64,000 nucleotides of DNA from a virus (taxonomy: Duplodnaviria > Caudoviricetes), in IMG/VR virus record IMGVR_UViG_3300030433_002124, positions 1 through 64,000 of that record; one strand, given 5' to 3'. Positions 62,701-64,000 of this stretch are shown here, piece after piece. Position numbers and translations under genes: made by a program. Each line of letters opens with the position of its first letter. The first letter of the stretch is position 1. The notes beneath the pieces were generated by a model. It ran no database searches. It had not been told where the DNA came from and worked only from the letters and a program-made list of their open reading frames with translations.

Positions 62701-64000
62701 AAATTTGTTGAAGATCCTAAATATAAAGCATTGATGGCATTACCAGAGTCTAATCCAACAAGAAAATTTTATGATTTCTTTATAGAAAATTATAAATATG
62801 CGCAAAGTATATTACCTTCTTTTGCAAGAAGAGGTTTAATGTTACCCGGATTAAGAAAAACACCACAAGAAAAGTTTATGGAAACAGCTGGATTTGTTGG
62901 ATTAAAAGGAGGATGGAACGCAGTAAAAGAAGCTGCATTACAAAAGTTTACTATACTTGAAGATGAAACTGAATACAAAGAAAAAGTAGATGAAAAAGGA
63001 GATGCTATGCATTATGTTCCTATACACTACAGTGAGAAAATAGGATTCGAAGAAGGTATGTTAAATCCTGAAGAAGTATCTTATGATCTAAGTAGCGCAT
63101 TATCTATGTATTATACTATGGCTGTTAATAATCAACAAATGAATGAGATAATAGCAGAATTAGAATTAACTAAAGAATTAATAAGAACTAGAAAAGTTAC
63201 TAAACTAAAAAGTGGTTTACCTGTTATTGATTCAGTTACTGATGCACAAGTTACTACAGAAGGAGTACAGTCTTTAGCTTATAATAGATTAGTTGATTAT
63301 CTAAATATGGTTGTTTATGGAGAAAGAAAGAAAAGAGGAGGAGATGTAATGACTATAGCTGGAAAAAAAGTCCCTATGGATAAAATAATGGATGGTTTCT
63401 TATCTTATAATAGTTTAAGAGTACTAGCATTAAACCCTCATGCGGGTTATGTAAACGTAGCATTTGGTAATTTAATGAATAGTATTGAAGCTTTTGCTGG
63501 TCAATATTTTGGTAAAAAGAATTTCATAAAAGCAAAAACAGCTTATTGGGGAGGTTTATCAGGAATATTAAAAGATACTGTTGGAAGAGTACCTACATCT
63601 AAGATCGGATTAATGAATGAATACTATAATGTATTACAACATTTTGATGAGTTTGGAAATAGAATAAAGCATAAGTCTTTAGCAATGCGTGGTATGAATA
63701 CCGGCTCATTCTTCTTTATGATGACTATGGGGGAACATATGTTACAGACACAGTTATTTATGGCAATGGCTTATAATAAAACATTTAAACTAGCAAATGG
63801 TAAAACAATTAATTTATGGGATGCTCATAAAGTAGTAGATGGTAAGTTAGAACTGAATCCAGAAGTTGCAGAACAGTTTAATCAAACAGAAAGAGCTATA
63901 TTTAAAGAAAAAGTACAGGGGGTTTATCAAAGATTGCATGGTATATATAATCAAAAAGATAGAAATGCTATACAGCAGTATGCTTCAGGTAGATGGGTTA
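47740..64000 (+). CDS. giant virion RNA polymerase polyprotein, 3'-truncated, at least 5420 aa (missing from ORF track)
   Basis: ATG at 47740, two bases after the previous stop. No in-frame stop was found in the parts I translated, and the track lists no + strand ORF in this frame, which fits an ORF open to the window end. RNAP motifs AFYK...DAGKR (about 56400), KTDAQGY (56668), FESGVKVG (57037), GYRIPTQG (57823) and GSDFDIDK (DFDID 57946-57960). Also zincin-like domains and a PD-(D/E)xK nuclease. Confidence 0.93.
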   Translation, partial: MSQNNSLQNLLNSSTPEPVELNPITNLPIKRGNPQRIPGASSVKDLIDGTYLDPARDESYFSNPVNPDDPYDLKRVDWPVYDRSQINKIRNSNQTHGGRFLAWLNQSIAEIGGGTLYGIGALYDLVAGNVENDYQNALTEIGQDWMDWAKDVTPIFRRNPGKGWDPNDWAWWASNAVSLVSTLSLFIPAAGTVRGVSMAGRGVGMLGKTMRAAGRTSKLGKKSLKFQLGTALAKVPRLGGKRVQALGGMTLGGLSMRYMENYREAGDTFVQSYDKNLEFFQDQAAFDRFLESKEGQKFLEDNPGITLDDPLLKEKAAQWIAGHAAHKSFNMNWHNAAFDILQYGLVFGHLGRLGKGTRASFLAGHSNKVRQAQNALLKNPKIPKTRLGRIWQNYGKKPTKWGAWAYSEGIEEQINWISMQEGIRYGDIMAGNMGPSNPDWLGAGFGRPDFSLLPSMFLGPENRKHAYSQQGEYWSSTLFGAMGGGGFTMLGGLANRKTNIARQKRQIEEIGKRQEFIINALNKRNEAKQKGDVETVKEQNRLLAINLGLNASQAGNVDLLLEQINDENFDQLLLDNGITQEELNTTKKDIINVINNTEKRYRKYSDTIFGTEYGAGAARAVVELEMAMDMYSELMEDIDNRIEESQESTKVAEEKSKIGTNTKRRRQIQTNIISLNQTIEKVKTIIENLENDNATPNLSKEEKQQNDSTIAGFKQALNNFEVELKDLTKEGADLEKNSKETYTEDQFNAEQEYLNQTNRNDVIQLANKKQIYKANRLAAWKQMNEILSGNYEFTVKQKSDKVEDALLSEKEQKKRLKLDEQDRADIERRWNSITKKNARDTENDAIIQDFLDLTSDPNTNQDQIDIFVDEYRDNSEVQTRLKPLIRNWKTRKKQLELQSSIDQLKKLSSEVNEAVKEGKEIENIDKVINEVMLLLNNIWGKKGFRRDSSGKDLSKKQFEQKRKDYKWAEHLTGFLARYKHGIPESLNWEWDKLFDNFVPNVQVMWNNRIGVIYAESGALFFEDEKQNKVQVTENNDILYNLNMIVLKNSTTIPLTVHEDGRTFRINGDYYSNLHEDPTDAIKYNKEDIPISVTLTRWIGNDITITTPGIVMDIARVIETLEAVKIAKFAEFNNQENSLDLGDTIHYAIWKKTSNGYKLVVMNEETGKAVRGKKAKELKHIANEMLSYKIETEINKIKQKFNESITTHNVTPSPITKETLSGTPGQAARISEEVEESNPQKQEEKISAEVQSASPIVNVDRTEVSQKEKDEILNKINNDALEKDKANAEQVIENEKKNQTENLEQEVGTSIDSLINENKSDAEKTVNLVESSVNQQESTPPKKQRPKKAITNPTATNKNKVELDRSYPQAWTPQFVGVNLSTKENPLWVQALDRNGNSMPVFVRSNGAPYRIIPESFLTPTQLDQIDKKSPGPGTINTVFYNEPRVNQNNKVIREGNRIIVNKEKLVRYTVLNPKTKKRENAVMIIYPGSINQSDIIDFDVANSPETGVGTDVILRVEPNWQYHRSKNPNDVIITVRLAGRTDTIISTMRGGSAQFKQNLLLRKNVAEALKGNRSMDIKAKIAGKTDGFVTNIKKKGKSVKQSIDVLQGPIVIGYGMEGTVRIPNSDVSVSNSEFVENGTIYLATKSASGRMIPIRLETSNLNNIAANKVVDIILDNKLTEEERRQEVNKIIQVYGKLEEDTQLAMDNYRIKFPYAGKMIGLQIHAEGSDQISNFEKFITGKPFKYILYDSQGLIQSVGEIQKSDGKTAQRILRDSSDFSQQLLVNNRNVFVEYLKTKKYNVQGHELNINEPYRSPINGYEYDNYIQYLSDPDFSILTTDIPGGNASKFHHSIIYTEVVDDTTSIPFEKADLTKAEIKELTTPSLDEQVVEAIEDEATMSIDDLIENNKKKPKTKNDIDNLDDINLPDIKLREVNVVNPPSYNMLTQEEVDWFKEKFGEQGLNVLERVKWIRVSKGRNAWGFYRNGLVTLAREGKEGTAYWEAFRRVFDIHLSEEEKADILLEADNKYGYDMLMAQEEAGVDISKATYSNEQLETALARDFMDFMMNEKDPSFKGKIKRFFKELLYTIKNFLGLNNSIERLFRNIRDTNYNNYTLEELNKLSKVENEQLRQMYNKNGQPMPQEFVEEVVGNINHDLYTALQNKAKQDNVSFESYLKDQKQLDAFYDALRAQYRAIGKKILDTPGISDRVRSIGENYLRITEDSLWGIRTDALHNLTSPGFKKLAIQNLQPLFGVKYTTYRGKELTDDLDANEVNDIVEDAQPQAQEKIHGINYYYRPVKDTLSKDVKIGLSFIESKEKGKILGKHRFVPFDDVYNYLALNLSNATEGRVIEKLKTLKHELVPQVLEKYTQAGPAWQNKFVTHFNKQNIAFKTLVIDNSGSVKVMYTNRNGLERQIINDWMGNKASSPIFTEVNGENDKINVEKAKEFKAILENDLVKIYNKYRNTSKISEQTAGKKEYMVPMMKVLKSLGITLPQNMKNDLFKDETVSVKDLHAYMFGPNSFQYVFKNLALGRSPYMANNMEMGALGKLAKFVAQYKVDSYLASFIGGNRKSIYSINLNTFDSERTLALRSDETFKETIAKYFSDVFYKPNSKTSHVLLDMLLKHPTVRNNFQLSTFDVIKDRGNFGRATAYDRMTENLSAITRFAMFNNSGNVFGEFSTGTKSDKGQFKFLTLPKIHPKNKAFGMWKSTKLGTEGFIETAIELLRPLALGEYARISKVERQLFDVNMDPKHLIKNFHYRNEPGDMDANGLKFMLFRTLNESEIFNEDTNRLEAIADTNESDIEVYNKLAGVIDAHIKAYIRKQISKTIDAFVEAKAIVKVGKELHNINLPLNAIANKRIGKDVTPAIIEFAINDIVMKPYINTIFGPELAFYKTDKTGNPMVDAGKRQYQSVTPKMNLTYNEEHDYGAKPKFTHAVVRDIIKRSPETVERFQKILEKSGVESTEAKKIASAYTEVLKTDAQGYTTLEFHKRQMESQGKWSKEHQNAYEMYWRKGLMGGKAEQELLLDPLKTYFFGEVLENDGHNNETLVFKQIKHSTVPLLKSYTQAFAEEGITTLDDLRQRMEATGKYKGMQHIDMINFESGVKVGISGLSNVQDLSNVNVEVLESKYLGSPQIITTRPKDPLFGSQFAKLLPSNINNEDSYSLPNGDRLLGSELKTLYNDLWYEKIERSSNKLSKKLGYRAFMDVLTTMNENPTAVSPEQFAAAQLKFLKKVKNEVYQMLQERELPDNYFLALDIEELIDDVDRYGYVTPMAFPTFSKRFENILLSLFKNNILKQKAKGMSAVQVADFGYSLNNELKIEANSNGGIYAEVALPYDLVHKLGLEVGSDLSAVDPSLLELIGYRIPTQGKNSMLMLKVARILPKNMGAVIQLPAEITTIMGSDFDIDKMYIMFPELTKEKRRESAFKIGQYRTKKTFEGLSDQAVNQALFDISASILSSKHSVKEILTPLDSDTYANAIKDYQEARITEDISDFDVFTPAADMYLEKINKDASMLIGLFSMHSTSHALAQDMDIKLNNVAVYFNSNKGQEHTSLSNIYDFDGNYISDHIKDDQNESIDNAKNQRIGPAGVTVYNHGVKMLLNRVGVPGRASLDFINQPIIKQYQKERATNTSNVSDQKLAEKVAEEWQVKQEFLEAKKLFGEDRFFTPSAASLKKSLKHTKGGQREHKVQQAQLLADFFNYIDIARDISKLNMLLNPEGLKNFSRLSFLENFKNAQAHLESSMSFIDIGKMPKRTEAFIKFGIDEAIDTTSYFIPFNKEGFLELKRKIAKYTGQRDGVLSQESIETINSLALYYVFTQPHSPLADLFYTDGKSDMSLVKERLFTLSGSTVSRFLNLRANKNMHNDKFFGMLYAHTENTGKNKFIKLLAFNNTSKLDAAKKSAITDRWEQLLDPNVTKDVEVRRMAEALVLYSIITSGFISTGPNTFVDLIPNSYWSNKSENRDSLSNFFRKEVRTMDYSNYFDDNAARQIIRNSYKDPGLLKTVDKSSLVHNDLVKNKGYNKNYYFIHKEAAGDILMKDSPGTKAYVEYFKTWENKWRLYQLTEATETGAIYQEIQPLGERYKFVEMTSKDALIESIHPVNRTKHKQSIDQTLTNLPPNTTEATESIDDIMGMPQLAAEKVLETKIQDLEGRLLTWLKKEFGIGHRSYNVLKTKTGKDALGIADIMHKLIHISNRRDRYTVPEETAHFFIEMLKDKTIVKKLMSLASKTNLHGEVLRDYADVYNTPEEFQKETAGKILGKYIVSEYYQGKGFSIGTETEFVKEYRGFLGILKKIWDRIRSIFVGESASNELNRHIRDVFGQKARQILNGSALGLDVNLLREHTIQKYYSIGSIMEGAGKLGEGALNKIGKTLSILDFSDSQLKELKEKGKELLQRRATWKQADFFTELLADSNRITEPTEENQYYTKDGIQLTRVTSVQDYFTDAFAEEEMAKKVAKSNRAKGDIFNSAERVLNLWKFLQEGGTEIHKVMQGIIEGKSNKQVMESVNIDPKSKKAIQSSLSILRSWVQDKLNKGSILHAEVKVADMNNLMAGTIDVIERTSGGRVFLHDFKTKVLGKLIEIEKRLPNFKYALSGVPNTILNQYRLQLSLYKYMLERKGIKVDGIKVQPLEAGVNITPETGVINYTSLAFPSATSPVLNKLNNLKPIDNTILSNVVKKLNPESTGVAEELKEKDAAVRVLQQAKDVIKKKIDRYKKSGNPNYLDAMQELSNQLEEVSEKEGIVLFVKRALKEINDAHKRLLQLQKDDAVTARNLAEIRNYVSAYEILDEMTLLAPSLGKTGYENLIKTYVAPAVLKRQQVEELYKALGRPIIADFLSKYSTKPGMTKQKMEAELIKASRDIGYLARWLNALADSKMTELAMIDKHIGIQRNIVQEAKYNLEYGAGKAEGLLDIVKEYEDHRSSEGASVTNYVQLFEPILEFHNGKPTGYIVGPLSYEFRKKKYDFIQAKKAAGEAITSRIWNEFYEDNKFVEDPKYKALMALPESNPTRKFYDFFIENYKYAQSILPSFARRGLMLPGLRKTPQEKFMETAGFVGLKGGWNAVKEAALQKFTILEDETEYKEKVDEKGDAMHYVPIHYSEKIGFEEGMLNPEEVSYDLSSALSMYYTMAVNNQQMNEIIAELELTKELIRTRKVTKLKSGLPVIDSVTDAQVTTEGVQSLAYNRLVDYLNMVVYGERKKRGGDVMTIAGKKVPMDKIMDGFLSYNSLRVLALNPHAGYVNVAFGNLMNSIEAFAGQYFGKKNFIKAKTAYWGGLSGILKDTVGRVPTSKIGLMNEYYNVLQHFDEFGNRIKHKSLAMRGMNTGSFFFMMTMGEHMLQTQLFMAMAYNKTFKLANGKTINLWDAHKVVDGKLELNPEVAEQFNQTERAIFKEKVQGVYQRLHGIYNQKDRNAIQQYASGRWV

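Noticed and set aside
182-62978. The many short minus-strand ORFs and small alternative-frame plus-strand ORFs in the track
   Set aside because: They lie fully within long, motif-bearing + strand genes and have biased compositions (Phe/Ile/Ser-rich) typical of shadow frames in AT-rich DNA. None shows a recognisable motif.
1-64000. Stop-codon reassignment (TAG=Gln or TGA=Trp) as in some crAss-like phages
   Set aside because: Genes of 1400 to over 5400 codons are uninterrupted under the standard code, and the few TAG/TGA stops fall at sensible gene boundaries.
1-64000. CRISPR array, tRNA genes, or a diversity-generating retroelement
   Set aside because: Intergenic gaps are nearly all under 110 nt and AT-rich. 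I saw no spaced direct repeats, no cloverleaf, no reverse transcriptase and no near-identical TR/VR pair. This was a by-eye scan only.

Overview
The window is the late/structural module of a crAss-like (Crassvirales-related) phage. It is AT-rich, uses the standard genetic code, and has all real genes on the + strand. Four TTTG-N19/20-TAnnTTTG promoters and a T9SS-like sorting signal point to a Bacteroidota host. Gene order: small envelope-targeted genes, terminase large subunit, portal, an inserted lysozyme-like protein, scaffold, crAss-type major capsid protein, ring/auxiliary capsid/decoration proteins, tail hub-like and collagen/tail-collar proteins, a 3591-aa Cys-rich mosaic protein, small structural and lysis-like genes, a metallophosphoesterase, an IHF-like gene, ring proteins, the muzzle and two cargo proteins. 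The last ~16.3 kb is one ORF absent from the supplied track because it runs off the window (47740 to >64000, at least 5420 aa). It is a virion RNA polymerase polyprotein (GSDFDIDK) that also carries two zincin-like domains and a PD-(D/E)xK nuclease. The most unusual items are this polyprotein; the giant tail-region protein, in which beta-propellers and an intact metzincin protease sit inside Cys-rich repeat modules; a phage protein with an LDL-receptor-A-like motif plus a T9SS-like C-terminus; and a basic-patch/YGG motif shared by two probable head-internal proteins. All assignments come from motifs read by eye; no database searches were run.
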